DNA of 64,000 bases. Source: a virus. Of the stretch, positions 48,084 to 57,848 are shown in pieces (the first letter of the stretch is position 1; the number at the start of each line of letters is the position of its first letter). The notes beneath the pieces were generated by a model. It saw only the letters and a program-made list of their open reading frames with translations, was not told the DNA's origin and made no database searches. The DNA lies in the IMG/VR virus record IMGVR_UViG_3300028581_000020, positions 40,528-104,527 of that record; one strand, written 5' to 3'. A program made the translations under genes and the position numbers.

Positions 48084-48292
48084 AGGTTGATTCCGGCTCC
48101 GGCGACGGCTCCGGCGACGGCTACGGCTACGGCTCCGGCGACGGCGACGGCTCCGGCTACGGCTCCGGCGACGGCGACGGCTCCGGCTACGGCGACGGCT
48201 ACGGCTCCGGCTACGGCGACGGCTCCGGCGACGGCGACGGCTCCGGCGACGGCGACGGCTACGGCTCCGGCTACGGCGACGGCTACGGTTGA
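48071..48292 (+). CDS. Gly-rich (GDGYGSG)n protein
   Basis: Frame reads G-x repeats with x = S, D or Y. Confidence 0.55.
   Translation: MATVEVDSGSGDGSGDGYGYGSGDGDGSGYGSGDGDGSGYGDGYGSGYGDGSGDGDGSGDGDGYGSGYGDGYG
48095..48287 (+). repeat. tandem 6-nt unit array (GGCTCC/GGCGAC/GGCTAC)
   Basis: About 32 hexamer units read directly. Confidence 0.95.
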
Positions 48293-48326
48293 TCTATGAA
48301 AACTTTTCGCAAAGCCTCCAGCAACC

Positions 48327-48671
48327 GTGCCGCAAAGACGCCGGGGGTGGCGAGTGATTAGCGACTGGCACATGCAGGATGACCGCAAGTCAGGGAAAGT
48401 GATCAAAGTCCGCAAGACTTTACGCCCCATGGACGAGGCAGCCTCGGATGCGTGGCTAAAGAAGCTCGGCGAATGGATCGAGGCCAATCCTCCCCCTGCC
48501 AGTGGCGTGGCCCTAAAAATGGCAGAAGAGCGCACGACAAACAAGATCGTGTGGTGGGCTCTCAATACCTACGGTAATGTCCAACTCGCTGCCGACAAAT
48601 TGGGTATGCTGAGATCAACTCTCTTTGAGCGTATGCGGGCTCAGGGAATTAAATGGGAGCGGAAGAGATGA
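48327..48671 (+). CDS. Fis-family helix-turn-helix protein
   Basis: ALNTYGNVQLAADKLGMLRSTLFERMRAQGI; start uncertain. Confidence 0.8.
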   Translation: MPQRRRGWRVISDWHMQDDRKSGKVIKVRKTLRPMDEAASDAWLKKLGEWIEANPPPASGVALKMAEERTTNKIVWWALNTYGNVQLAADKLGMLRSTLFERMRAQGIKWERKR

Positions 48672-48958
48672 TTATTGAAGTATCGACCTACACCGACGAA
48701 GACGAATTGGTTGAATGCAAGTTCGATGTTTGGCTCCCCGGAGGCGACGACACTCCGCAAGCGACATTCGTCGAGGGTTGGAAAGACGGGCCCGCATTGA
48801 GAGAGGATCTGTACGATACGGCGTGGCTCAGACGTGCTGGCATCTACGATGAATTAGTCGAGGCAGCCTGCGCGAAGTATGATCCGGTGCTTGACTCAGA
48901 GCTTGCGGATATTGAGAAGGGTGACAACGCCTTGGATCTCGCGAGGGAGCTAGATTAA
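48668..48958 (+). CDS. acidic hypothetical protein
   Basis: ATGA-coupled; D/E-rich. Confidence 0.6.
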   Translation: MIIEVSTYTDEDELVECKFDVWLPGGDDTPQATFVEGWKDGPALREDLYDTAWLRRAGIYDELVEAACAKYDPVLDSELADIEKGDNALDLARELD

Positions 48959-48992
48959 AAAAAGGGCTCCTGGTTTTTAGCCAGGAGCCCTT
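48957..48992 (-). terminator. intrinsic terminator oriented on the minus strand
   Basis: Perfect 12-bp stem AAGGGCTCCTGG / CCAGGAGCCCTT with A7 run at 48957-48963. Confidence 0.75.
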
Positions 48993-49037
48993 AACGGCGT
49001 TAACAGATACCATTGGAGCGGACTGAGAGACGCCTGA
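48957..49037 (-). ncRNA. candidate ~80-nt countertranscribed small RNA
   Basis: Defined by a minus-strand promoter and terminator in a plus-strand operon. Confidence 0.45.
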
Positions 49038-49043
49038 TCCGGT

Positions 49044-49072
49044 AAGGTACTAGCGCAAATTAAAATCGTCAA
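49044..49072 (-). promoter_or_regulatory. sigma70-type promoter (minus strand)
   Basis: TTGACG (49072-49067), 17-nt spacer, TACCTT (49049-49044). Confidence 0.55.
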
Positions 49073-49108
49073 GTAAGTTTCTGTCCGGGGAGCGGAGGGG
49101 ATCGTCAT

Positions 49109-51478
49109 TTGTTACAGATTTTGGGGCTGAGGGAAAAGTTCAATTCAAAGCTCGGCATACGTAGACCTAGCGAGGATTTCTTCGCGAAGGGCTGGCGCGC
49201 AATGGACTTGCGCACGATGTTTGCCTCCCTGCCAGATGTGCTGGCGCAGATCCCGGAAGATCAGCGTTGGAACCTGTTCTACACGATGCACCATGTGTTT
49301 GAAGAGCCAGGCCGGCGCATGGAGCGCATGGAGGCCTACGCCTTTGACATCGATCAGATCCCCGGCTTCTCGGGTACGCGCGATCAGGTACGCGAGATTG
49401 CGGGTGTGGTTGCGCGCACGCTAGGCCTCCCCCTGGAAGAACTTGGCGTTGTCTGCAGCGGGAACGGCGTGCACGTTCTCGTATATTTGGACCCGAGTTG
49501 TTGGCAGACATCGCCGGAATATTTTGAAAAGAACCGGGGGCATTACCGGGCAGTCTGCGACAACATCAATCGAGCCCTGGATGTGGCGGGCTACGGGGGC
49601 GCAAAAGCTGACCCCGCAATCTTTGATCAGGCGCGAATTCTCAGGCTCCCCGGAACCCTCAATCGCAAGACGAAAGAGGGGCAGTTACGTGAGCGTAACT
49701 GTTACCTCTTGCAGGGGGATTTAAAGCCCCAGAAAATCGATATCTCCGAGCTCTCGGGGATCCCGGAAGTCAGTCCCGAGGACGCAATCCCCGAGGCGCA
49801 GATGGCTAGGTTCCCGGAGCCAGACCCGGAAGGGGTGCTGGGCGGCTGCAGTTTCCTGAAAGAGTGCAAGGCGCTGCCTAAGACGGTGACGGAGCCCAAC
49901 TGGTACGCCATGCTCTCGATCATTGGTCGCTTGCCTAATGGCCGCGAGCTTGCGCATGAATATTCAAAAGGCCATCCAAACTACACCCCTCAGGAGACTG
50001 AGGCGAAGCTTGATCAGGCGATGGCCCAAGCGGGCCCCCGCACCTGCCAGAACGTGCAGGATCTTTGGGGCAAATGTAAGCAGTGCCCCTATTACGGAAA
50101 GATTCCGAGTCCGATCGTTATCAAGGGCGAGAACTATATCGCAACCGAGAAGACGGGCTTTCACCACATGACGACGGGCCAGGACGGGAGACCGAAGCCT
50201 GGCAAAGCCGACTGGGATGGGCTGAGAAAGTTCTTTCAGCGCAAACACCCCTACGCAACGCTTGCCGATGGCGAGTATCTAGTGACCTGGACCGGCACCC
50301 ACTGGCAGGAGTATTCAAAGGTTGAGGCAAAGGCATTTGCGCAGAAGCACTTCAGGCCGGTAGCGGATACGAATAAAGCGAATGAGTTCCTGGGAATTTT
50401 GCTACGCAATGAGGTGCGCCCCCGGGGTTGGACGCAACATGGGACGAAGGGGAAATTGAACTTTCTTAATGGAACCCTGGAGCCCCGTACGATGTCGTTT
50501 GGTCCGCACAACCGAGACGACGGATTCATGAACGTGATTCCCTACGCGTATGATCCGAAGGCTGCGGCTCCTCGGTTTGAAAAGTTCCTTGATGATGTGA
50601 CATGCGGGCACCGGGAGCTTCGCGAAATCCTCCTGCAATATATCGGATACTCGCTCTCAAACGATGCGATATGGGAACAGAAATGCCTCATCCTGCAGGG
50701 GGAGGGACGCAACGGAAAATCCACTCTAATGCAGGTAGTGCGCGAGCTTGCAGGTGAGGGTAACTCTGCGTCGCTGACTCTCACTGAGCTTGAAAAAGAC
50801 ACGAACCGTTTCTCGCTTGACGGTGCGTTCTTTAATATGGCCGAAGAAGCTCCCACGCGTGGGATGCTCGAGAGCGGAATCTTCAAGACGCTCATTGGCG
50901 GCGGGAGCTTCCAGGTAAAGAAGCTTTACTCGCAGCCGTACTCAATTCAAAATCGTGCGAAGCTCTGGCTTGCGTGTAACGACATGCCTCGCTTCAACGA
51001 CTTCACGGTGGGGATGTTCCGCCGGCTTGTGATCGTGCCTTTCCAGGCGAAGTTTGAGGGAGCAAACGTCGATAAGAACATCGGAGCAAAGCTCAGCGAA
51101 GAGCTCCCCGGAATCTTCAATCTTGCGATGGCAGCCTACGGGCGGATGCGCGCAAACGGAGGACTCCTGGATTCGCAATTGGTGCAGGAGCAGGCCGACA
51201 TGTACCGGCTTGAACAGGACTCGGTGTACAACTGGTGGCAGGATAATGTCGAAGTTGTACCCATGTCGGAGACGGCCCCCCGGGTTGACTCAAGTAAGTT
51301 ATTCCAGGAGTACGCAATGCACATGCGCCAGTCGGAGGAGAAGCCTTTGTCTGCTCAGCAATTCCAAAAGCGTGTGCGCACATTTGTGAAAGATATTGAA
51401 GCTAGGCGCGTGCGATCAAATGGCGTGCGTTGGCTCATAGGCATTTCGTTATTGACAAGGCGTATGGAAAACTTCTAG
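49109..51478 (+). CDS. primase-helicase (PrimPol-like N-terminus, D5/P4-type SF3 helicase)
   Basis: FDID, SGNGVH, RILRLPGT; GEGRNGKST Walker A; RRLVIVPF; TTG start with GGAGG RBS. Confidence 0.92.
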   Translation: MLQILGLREKFNSKLGIRRPSEDFFAKGWRAMDLRTMFASLPDVLAQIPEDQRWNLFYTMHHVFEEPGRRMERMEAYAFDIDQIPGFSGTRDQVREIAGVVARTLGLPLEELGVVCSGNGVHVLVYLDPSCWQTSPEYFEKNRGHYRAVCDNINRALDVAGYGGAKADPAIFDQARILRLPGTLNRKTKEGQLRERNCYLLQGDLKPQKIDISELSGIPEVSPEDAIPEAQMARFPEPDPEGVLGGCSFLKECKALPKTVTEPNWYAMLSIIGRLPNGRELAHEYSKGHPNYTPQETEAKLDQAMAQAGPRTCQNVQDLWGKCKQCPYYGKIPSPIVIKGENYIATEKTGFHHMTTGQDGRPKPGKADWDGLRKFFQRKHPYATLADGEYLVTWTGTHWQEYSKVEAKAFAQKHFRPVADTNKANEFLGILLRNEVRPRGWTQHGTKGKLNFLNGTLEPRTMSFGPHNRDDGFMNVIPYAYDPKAAAPRFEKFLDDVTCGHRELREILLQYIGYSLSNDAIWEQKCLILQGEGRNGKSTLMQVVRELAGEGNSASLTLTELEKDTNRFSLDGAFFNMAEEAPTRGMLESGIFKTLIGGGSFQVKKLYSQPYSIQNRAKLWLACNDMPRFNDFTVGMFRRLVIVPFQAKFEGANVDKNIGAKLSEELPGIFNLAMAAYGRMRANGGLLDSQLVQEQADMYRLEQDSVYNWWQDNVEVVPMSETAPRVDSSKLFQEYAMHMRQSEEKPLSAQQFQKRVRTFVKDIEARRVRSNGVRWLIGISLLTRRMENF

Positions 51479-51481
51479 GTT
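51450..51481 (+). promoter_or_regulatory. putative promoter for the helicase operon
   Basis: TTGACA-N18-TAGGTT; shares TATTGACAAGGC with 43739-43750. Confidence 0.45.
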
Positions 51482-51497
51482 AGTGGGTGGAGCGGCA

Positions 51498-52970
51498 ATG
51501 ATCGAATTCGATAAATTATGGGACCACCAAAAGCGAGCCGTCGCGCTCGCCATGCAGCAGCGAGACTTCGCGCTGTTCCACGACATGGGCGCGGGCAAGA
51601 CGGGCACGATGATCAATATCCTGCGCCGCCGCTATGGCGAGGCCGGGCGCCTGCGCCGCACGCTGATCGTCTCGCCGCTCATCACGCTTGATAACTGGAA
51701 GAAAGAATTCGGGCAATTCTCGAAGGTGGATCCCCGGCACATTCTTATCTTGAAAGGCGCGGGCCGTAAGCGTGCAAAGGATTTCATGAAGTTTGTTTCG
51801 GACCCCGTGACCGAACGACTTGTTTTCAACCGCGTGGTCATCATGAACTACGAGTCGGTTCAAATGAAGGAACTGTATGACGCAATCAAAGCCTGGAATC
51901 CTGAGATCATTGTTTTTGATGAAGCTCATCGACTCAGAAATCACCAGTCAAAACGCGCGCGAGCTTGCGCGAATCTGGCTGACATCGCAAAGCACCGATA
52001 TCTGCTTACGGGATCGCCGATCCTTAATTCAGCAATGGACGTGTTCTTCCAGTACCGCTGTCTCGACCTTGGAGACACGTTTGGGCAGAACTTTTACGCC
52101 TTCCGAAACCGATACTTTGAAGACCGAAACTCTGGCTGGGCTAGTAAGCCTGGTTACTTCCCCGACTTTGAAGCTCGTCCTGAGGCTTTTGCCGATCTCC
52201 ACGCGCGCATGTACAAAGACGGCAGAGGGCTTGCCCGCGCCCACCGAGTGATGAAGAAAGACTGCCTTGACCTACCCCCACTGGTGAAGACCAAGATCGA
52301 AGTAGAGCTCTCGCCGGATCAACGGAAGATGTACAAGGAAATGTCAGACGAGTTCCTGACATTTGTTGAGCGCGAGAAACAAACGGGCACACCACTAGCA
52401 GTGGTGGCACAGCTTGCAATCACGAAGGCGCTCCGCTTGCAGCAGATCGTAACCGGCTTCTGCAAGGCGGAAGACGGAGTTGAGTATGAGATTGCAGGGG
52501 GGAATCCCAGGCTCGAGGCGCTAGAGGAATTGCTTGAAGACTTGGCTCCGAACGGCAAAGTAATTGTGTGGGCATGCTTTAAGCAGAACTACCAACAGAT
52601 TGCACGCGTGTGTGACAAGCTGAAGCTCCCTTACCGGATGATCCATGGTGAGATTAGGAACGCTGATAAGCAGATAGCCATGGAAGAGTTCCGCAAAGAC
52701 GAATCGATCAAGGTGATGATTGCAAACCAGGGGGCTGCAGGCATTGGCGTGAATTTGGTTGAAGCCCCGTATTCTGTGTTTTTCTCCCGGAACTTTTCGC
52801 TTGAGCAAGATACTCAGGCCGAGGCACGCAACTATCGCGGTGGATCTGAGATGCATACAAGTGTGACTCGCTATGATATTGTTGCGCGAAATAGTATTGA
52901 CGAGTTAATCGCCGACGCGTTAGCAGGTAAGCAGAAAATCGCAGATACCATTCTCGATTGGAAAATATAA
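51498..52970 (+). CDS. SNF2-family (SF2) helicase
   Basis: DMGAGKT, DEAH, LTGSP, QAEARNYR. Confidence 0.92.
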   Translation: MIEFDKLWDHQKRAVALAMQQRDFALFHDMGAGKTGTMINILRRRYGEAGRLRRTLIVSPLITLDNWKKEFGQFSKVDPRHILILKGAGRKRAKDFMKFVSDPVTERLVFNRVVIMNYESVQMKELYDAIKAWNPEIIVFDEAHRLRNHQSKRARACANLADIAKHRYLLTGSPILNSAMDVFFQYRCLDLGDTFGQNFYAFRNRYFEDRNSGWASKPGYFPDFEARPEAFADLHARMYKDGRGLARAHRVMKKDCLDLPPLVKTKIEVELSPDQRKMYKEMSDEFLTFVEREKQTGTPLAVVAQLAITKALRLQQIVTGFCKAEDGVEYEIAGGNPRLEALEELLEDLAPNGKVIVWACFKQNYQQIARVCDKLKLPYRMIHGEIRNADKQIAMEEFRKDESIKVMIANQGAAGIGVNLVEAPYSVFFSRNFSLEQDTQAEARNYRGGSEMHTSVTRYDIVARNSIDELIADALAGKQKIADTILDWKI

Positions 52971-52979
52971 GGAGCGGAC

Positions 52980-53450
52980 ATGGCAAGTGAATTGGATTCC
53001 TGGGACGAAGCGACTCCCGTGATTGAGGTCTCAACGCAAGAGCTAGATGCTCTCGTGCAGCGAATGGACACCCTCTGGGACGAGTCAGAGAAGGTAAAGA
53101 AGCTGGCAAGTGAGGCTCGCGCGGCCTACGATGAGGTCGAGGCACGCGTGCTCGCGATGCTGAAAGCCGCTGGAAAAAAGAGCTACATCGTTGATGGACT
53201 TGGCACCGTGTCGATCACCAACAAATACATGATTACAACGCCCAAGGGGATTGAGGAAAAGAAACGGCTCTTTGCCTACATCAACAAGGAGCACGGGGAA
53301 GAGGGGCTATATGGCTTACTCACGATCAATTCCCAGACGCTCAATAGCTTTGTGAACGCAGAGCTTGACCGCAAACCTGAAGTACAAATTCCCGGACTCG
53401 ATGCACCGACTCACCGTGAGTCTCTTTCGTTCCGGGCAAAAAAGAAGTGA
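52980..53450 (+). CDS. conserved replication-module protein
   Basis: AAGGAG RBS; coiled coil then INSQTLNSFV. Confidence 0.65.
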   Translation: MASELDSWDEATPVIEVSTQELDALVQRMDTLWDESEKVKKLASEARAAYDEVEARVLAMLKAAGKKSYIVDGLGTVSITNKYMITTPKGIEEKKRLFAYINKEHGEEGLYGLLTINSQTLNSFVNAELDRKPEVQIPGLDAPTHRESLSFRAKKK

Positions 53451-53457
53451 GGAAGAA

Positions 53458-54246
53458 ATGGCAACCAAGAAGTCCCCGAAATCAGATACCCCTGTGAGCC
53501 AAGCCCCGGCAGTCGTTGAAGTGAACGGGGCGCTCGTATCGGCAGAGGAGCAGGCAGCCTGGGGCGCGAGTCCCTTCCTGTCGAGCCGTGACACGATCAT
53601 CCCGAAGATTCTGCTCATGCAGCCGATGTCAAAGAAAGTGCTGGCAGACGAGGCAGCCTTCGGTGAGCTCCGCGATTCGGTCACAAACGAGGTCTACGGG
53701 TCTGATAAGAAATCGATCGAGATCATCCCCTTCCACCTGCAAACGGTGTGGGTTGAGCACGAGAAGAACGTGGACCCTAAGACCGGCAAAGAGGACTTGA
53801 AGTACCTCCGCACGGTGCCGCTCTCTCCGCAGAACGACACGCTGCCCCTCGATGAGCCCAACTTAAAGCGCGTGCGCACGATGCAGTTCTACGTGCTGCG
53901 CCCGGAAGAGTTGGGATCCGGGATCCCTAAGGTGATCGCCTTTCGTATCACTTCAATCAAGGCCGGAAAGAAACTGGCAACACAAATGTATGTGACGAAC
54001 CGGGCAGCCGGGCTTCCCCCTCCGGGCAGGGTGATGCGGCTTTCTGTCTCCCGCCAGACCAATGGCAAGGGCACGTTTGCGGTGATGGATGTCGAGCCTG
54101 TTCGCGCTGCCACCAGTGAGGAGCGCGCTTCTGCTCTTAAGTGGTTCAAGATTATCCAGACGGATGCGGCTGTTAAGGTCGATGATTCGGATGTGGCAGA
54201 GGTCGAGACTCCGGTCGAAGACTCGGGCACTACCGGACAATTCTAA
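53458..54246 (+). CDS. putative single-stranded DNA-binding protein
   Basis: IPKILLMQPMS; acidic tail ending in Phe; replication-module position. Confidence 0.55.
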   Translation: MATKKSPKSDTPVSQAPAVVEVNGALVSAEEQAAWGASPFLSSRDTIIPKILLMQPMSKKVLADEAAFGELRDSVTNEVYGSDKKSIEIIPFHLQTVWVEHEKNVDPKTGKEDLKYLRTVPLSPQNDTLPLDEPNLKRVRTMQFYVLRPEELGSGIPKVIAFRITSIKAGKKLATQMYVTNRAAGLPPPGRVMRLSVSRQTNGKGTFAVMDVEPVRAATSEERASALKWFKIIQTDAAVKVDDSDVAEVETPVEDSGTTGQF

Positions 54247-54255
54247 GTAACGTTG

Positions 54256-54291
54256 GGGCCCCTGGGGGTAAGGGAACAGGGGCCCGTTTTT
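54256..54291 (+). terminator. intrinsic terminator
   Basis: GGGCCCCTG / CAGGGGCCC stem followed by TTTTT. Confidence 0.6.
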
Positions 54292-54307
54292 ACTAAAGAG
54301 GGCATGT

Positions 54308-55075
54308 ATGCGAGTGCTTTGCATTGACTTTGAGACGACACACAAGGACCCGCTACAAGCCCGCCCGTGGGAGTTTGCCGCGTGCGTGGCTACTAACAAT
54401 TCGTGGGCATTTGCACAGGAGGGGCAATATACTGGGCGCATGTGGGCAGCTGATTACCCTGAGTTGTCGCCCGAGATCCAACGTGTCTGCAAGCTGCCGA
54501 GTGAGCGTAAGAACTTTGTCGGCTCTCCCAGCACCAAAGAAGTTCTTGCGAATCTGCACTCCCTGGCAGGGCAGGCAGATTACCTGATGGCTTATAACGC
54601 CGAGTACGACCGGACGGTGTGGGAGCAGGAATGCATCCGGCAGAAGGTGCCCTTCCCTACCACCCCCTGGCTGTGCGCCTACTCTGATGTCCCGTACCCT
54701 GACTATTACCGCTGCCGGCAGCTCTCGCATCTGGCGCTTGACCATGGGATCAAGGTCGATCCCGAGGCACTGCATGGAGCCCTGGGAGATGTGAGACTGA
54801 TGGGCCAGCTACTCAGCCGAGGTGGATACACCCTGGAAAAAATCCTGGAATATAAGCAGGAGCCCTGGGTGTACATGAAGGCGGTGTTCAATGCGTTTGG
54901 CCCTGGAGGCCAGGAGCTCAAAGAAGCGGCAAAGGCAGACGGCTACGGCTGGCAGCAGTGCCGCGGAGATACGGTTACGTTCATGAAGACTTGGGTTAAG
55001 CGAGTGAAGCTATCCAAGTTTGAGGAAGAGAAGGCTCGCACGCTGCCGTTCAAGCGTGAAACTTTGGAGGCCTGA
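54308..55075 (+). CDS. DEDDh 3'-5' exonuclease
   Basis: IDFET, AYNAEYD, HGALGD. Confidence 0.9.
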   Translation: MRVLCIDFETTHKDPLQARPWEFAACVATNNSWAFAQEGQYTGRMWAADYPELSPEIQRVCKLPSERKNFVGSPSTKEVLANLHSLAGQADYLMAYNAEYDRTVWEQECIRQKVPFPTTPWLCAYSDVPYPDYYRCRQLSHLALDHGIKVDPEALHGALGDVRLMGQLLSRGGYTLEKILEYKQEPWVYMKAVFNAFGPGGQELKEAAKADGYGWQQCRGDTVTFMKTWVKRVKLSKFEEEKARTLPFKRETLEA

Positions 55076-55281
55076 TGCATACGAAAAATCTGAAACAACA
55101 ACCTGCCCGCAAGGGGAATACTCCCCGCCGCAAACCGCTAACGGTCCGTATCGATCGCACGCTACACGACTTTGTGACCCGCTCAGCACATGCCAAGGGC
55201 GAGTGCGTGGCCGTGACGGTCTCGCGCATCTTAAAGTCCTACCAGCGGAGCGTCGGCCGCGCGAAGGCACTGCACGCGTGA
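55075..55281 (+). CDS. ribbon-helix-helix (Arc/CopG-like) protein
   Basis: KPLTVRIDRTLH...VAVTVSRIL; coupled to both neighbours. Confidence 0.55.
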   Translation: MHTKNLKQQPARKGNTPRRKPLTVRIDRTLHDFVTRSAHAKGECVAVTVSRILKSYQRSVGRAKALHA

Positions 55282-57110
55282 TTGTCACCGACTCCAATTT
55301 TGAAGAGGTCGTAGGCCTGCTCTCCCGCAGCGGGGAGTACGGCCTGGACTGCGAAACCACGGGGCTTGATTTCAAGGCTCGCTTGTTTTCGATCATCATT
55401 GCGAGTCGTGAACAGTCCTATTATTTCAATTTCCACGACTACGGGGACGGGACGCCGGTACTTCCGCGCTCACGTATCCGGGCAATGCAGCCCGTCTTCC
55501 TCGGGCAATCGATTTTTTACATTTCGAATGCGAAGTTTGATCTCCGAATGCTGCGGCACGAAGGGCTTGAGGTAGAGTCCCACGTTTTCTGCACAAACGC
55601 ACTGGGCCGGGTGCTTAAGAACAATTACTTCGGGCCGAAGGCCTACTCGCTAGAATCCTGGGCTCAGCGGCTTGGCGACGCCAAGGACGATGCCGTCATG
55701 GACTACGTGGTTGAGCACAAGCTCTACTCGGTTGAGAATATTCCAGGGAAGAAAAAAGAATTTAAGCGGATGCGCTTTTGGGAAGTCCCCGCGAGCATCA
55801 TGATTCCCTACGGGGAGAAGGATGCTGAGCTTCACTTGAAGGTCGGATCGCATATTGCAGCGGGGATTAAGTCGCTGAACGCTCCCGGATCTCCGGGAAA
55901 TATTCAACGGCTGGCTGAGAACGAGGCGCAGCTAACAAAGGTCTGCTTTGACATGGAGTGGGCAGGCATCCGCATTGATCGTGATTACGTAAGGAAGGCA
56001 CAGGCCTATGAAGAAGAGCAAATTTCCCGCTTCACCGAACGTTTCCGTGAGTTATCGGGTGAGACGTTCCGGGACTCGTCGAGTTTTCTGGCCGGTGTCT
56101 TCAAGCAAGCCGGCTACACCGACTTGCCCACAACCGACAAAGGAAACCCAAGCTTCACCGACGACAACCTCGACGATCTCGGAGGAGACCTTGCTCAGAG
56201 CGTGCGAGATATTCGCTTTCATGCCAAGCGAGTCGGAACTTATTACTCCTCTTTTTTGCACTACGCCGACGGAGAGGACCGAATCCACCCAGACATGAAG
56301 CAATCGGGCACTGAGACGGGACGCTTCAGCTACGCTGATCCGAACCTACAGAACGTGCCGAAAGAGGAGAACACCACACATGCTACCACCCCTTCTATCG
56401 TACGCTGTAGTTTCGTGCCTGATCCTGGTGACGTGTTTGTTATGGTGGATTACTCACAGCAGGAGTTTCGACTCATGCTCGACTACGCCGGAGAAACCAA
56501 GCTCATCGATGCCATCAACCAGGGGGCAGACGTTCACCAAGCCACTGCAGATATGTTGGGCATCTCGCGACAATATGCGAAGACAGTTAACTTTGCGCTT
56601 CTCTACGGAGCAGGACCGGCAAAGATGGCTCGAATGCTTTCGATACCTGAGTTCGAGGCACGGGATCTCCGCGCGCTTTACTTCGGAAGGCTTCCTCGAG
56701 TGCAGCGCTTTATCACGCAAGTCATCGATCGTGGTCGAGCCCGCGGTTACGTGGTTAATTGGGCGGGTAGGCGTTGCCACATCGATTCACCCGACTACGC
56801 CTACATTCTCCCCAATCACCTGATCCAGGGAGGAGGCGCGGATGTCATCAAGTTCGCCATGGTGCAGATCCACGCGCTCTTGCAGGAGAAAACCGGCGGG
56901 CGGTCGAGCATGCGGCTGCAGGTCCATGATGAGGTGGTCTTCCAATTTAACCCTCGCGATCTCGAGCTAGTTCCAGAAATCCGTCGTATCATGGAGGGGA
57001 TCTATCGTCCCTTCAACGGGATGAAACTTACCACGTCGTGTGACCACTCCTGGAAATCCTGGGGGGCACCCGACAAAGAGAAGGGGCTCCCTGGGGATGA
57101 GACGGCCTGA
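55278..57110 (+). CDS. family A DNA polymerase with 3'-5' exonuclease domain
   Basis: LDCETTG, NAKFD, TGRFS..PNLQN, DYSQQE, RQYAKTVNF, QVHDE; GTG start 55278. Confidence 0.95.
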   Translation: MIVTDSNFEEVVGLLSRSGEYGLDCETTGLDFKARLFSIIIASREQSYYFNFHDYGDGTPVLPRSRIRAMQPVFLGQSIFYISNAKFDLRMLRHEGLEVESHVFCTNALGRVLKNNYFGPKAYSLESWAQRLGDAKDDAVMDYVVEHKLYSVENIPGKKKEFKRMRFWEVPASIMIPYGEKDAELHLKVGSHIAAGIKSLNAPGSPGNIQRLAENEAQLTKVCFDMEWAGIRIDRDYVRKAQAYEEEQISRFTERFRELSGETFRDSSSFLAGVFKQAGYTDLPTTDKGNPSFTDDNLDDLGGDLAQSVRDIRFHAKRVGTYYSSFLHYADGEDRIHPDMKQSGTETGRFSYADPNLQNVPKEENTTHATTPSIVRCSFVPDPGDVFVMVDYSQQEFRLMLDYAGETKLIDAINQGADVHQATADMLGISRQYAKTVNFALLYGAGPAKMARMLSIPEFEARDLRALYFGRLPRVQRFITQVIDRGRARGYVVNWAGRRCHIDSPDYAYILPNHLIQGGGADVIKFAMVQIHALLQEKTGGRSSMRLQVHDEVVFQFNPRDLELVPEIRRIMEGIYRPFNGMKLTTSCDHSWKSWGAPDKEKGLPGDETA

Positions 57111-57423
57111 GTCAGAGAAGGCGTTTGCAGCGAGGGTCAGAAAAGAAATCGAGGCGATGCCCCGTACGTGGTGCTTTAAGCCCTTCACCGGCTCGGTACG
57201 TGGGATCCCGGATCTCATTTGCTGTGTGTCCGGGTGGTTTGTGTCGCTTGAGTTCAAGAAAGCCGGCGCTGCCAAGGACTCATCGAGAGAGAGGCTGCAG
57301 GAATATGTGGCCTCAAAGATTCGGTTTGCGGGGGCGCCCATTGCTGAGCACCGTGTGACCCCGGCTTCCTGGCCTGCGATTCGCGAGCGGCTTGTGCAAA
57401 TGGCGGGAGAGACTTTCTCTTAA
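57097..57423 (+). CDS. VRR-NUC / PD-(D/E)xK nuclease
   Basis: ESE...RGIPDL...LEFK...LQ. Confidence 0.8.
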   Translation: MRRPESEKAFAARVRKEIEAMPRTWCFKPFTGSVRGIPDLICCVSGWFVSLEFKKAGAAKDSSRERLQEYVASKIRFAGAPIAEHRVTPASWPAIRERLVQMAGETFS

Positions 57424-57848
57424 AGCCTGCGGTAATCGTAGTAGTCTTTTGAGAAGCACTTGATTCCGCTCATTTTCCAGATGTCGTCAACTCCGATGCG
57501 CTCCTCGACTTCGACCCGCTTGATACAGGCACCTAGGAAAGTGCGCATGCACTTGTACGTGTGGTGGAAAATGCAGGGAGCGTCCGCACAAAACAGGTAG
57601 CGCTTATCCGCAAACTTGCAGACGAAATCAGCACTGCGAAGCGTGCTACGCAGGAACGCGTCCTCTAGATCAAGCTTCCGGTACTCAAGCTTTAGGCAGT
57701 CGGTGCCTTTGACTTCCGAGCACCGGGTTGTGACAAGGCCCTTCTCGCTCTCGGATGCAATAAAGATTTGCCGCACGAGATCCGGGAACTGCGTGATGGA
57801 TCTCTCGGTTGCACATGCGGTAAAGAAAAGGGCCAGCAGGTATTTCAT
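57420..57848 (-). CDS. Cys-rich lipoprotein (possible o-spanin)
   Basis: MKYLLALFFTA-C lipobox; last gene of the lysis cassette. Confidence 0.55.
   Translation of the reverse strand: MKYLLALFFTACATERSITQFPDLVRQIFIASESEKGLVTTRCSEVKGTDCLKLEYRKLDLEDAFLRSTLRSADFVCKFADKRYLFCADAPCIFHHTYKCMRTFLGACIKRVEVEERIGVDDIWKMSGIKCFSKDYYDYRRL

Noticed and set aside
48087-48299. CRISPR array, or PATATA/AVAGAV proteins in other frames
   Set aside because: Hexamer tandem repeat without spacers; the alternative ORFs are shadows of the Gly-rich frame.
55020-55277. N-terminal extension of the DNA polymerase
   Set aside because: This interval is better explained by the RHH gene; the polymerase most likely starts at GTG 55278.
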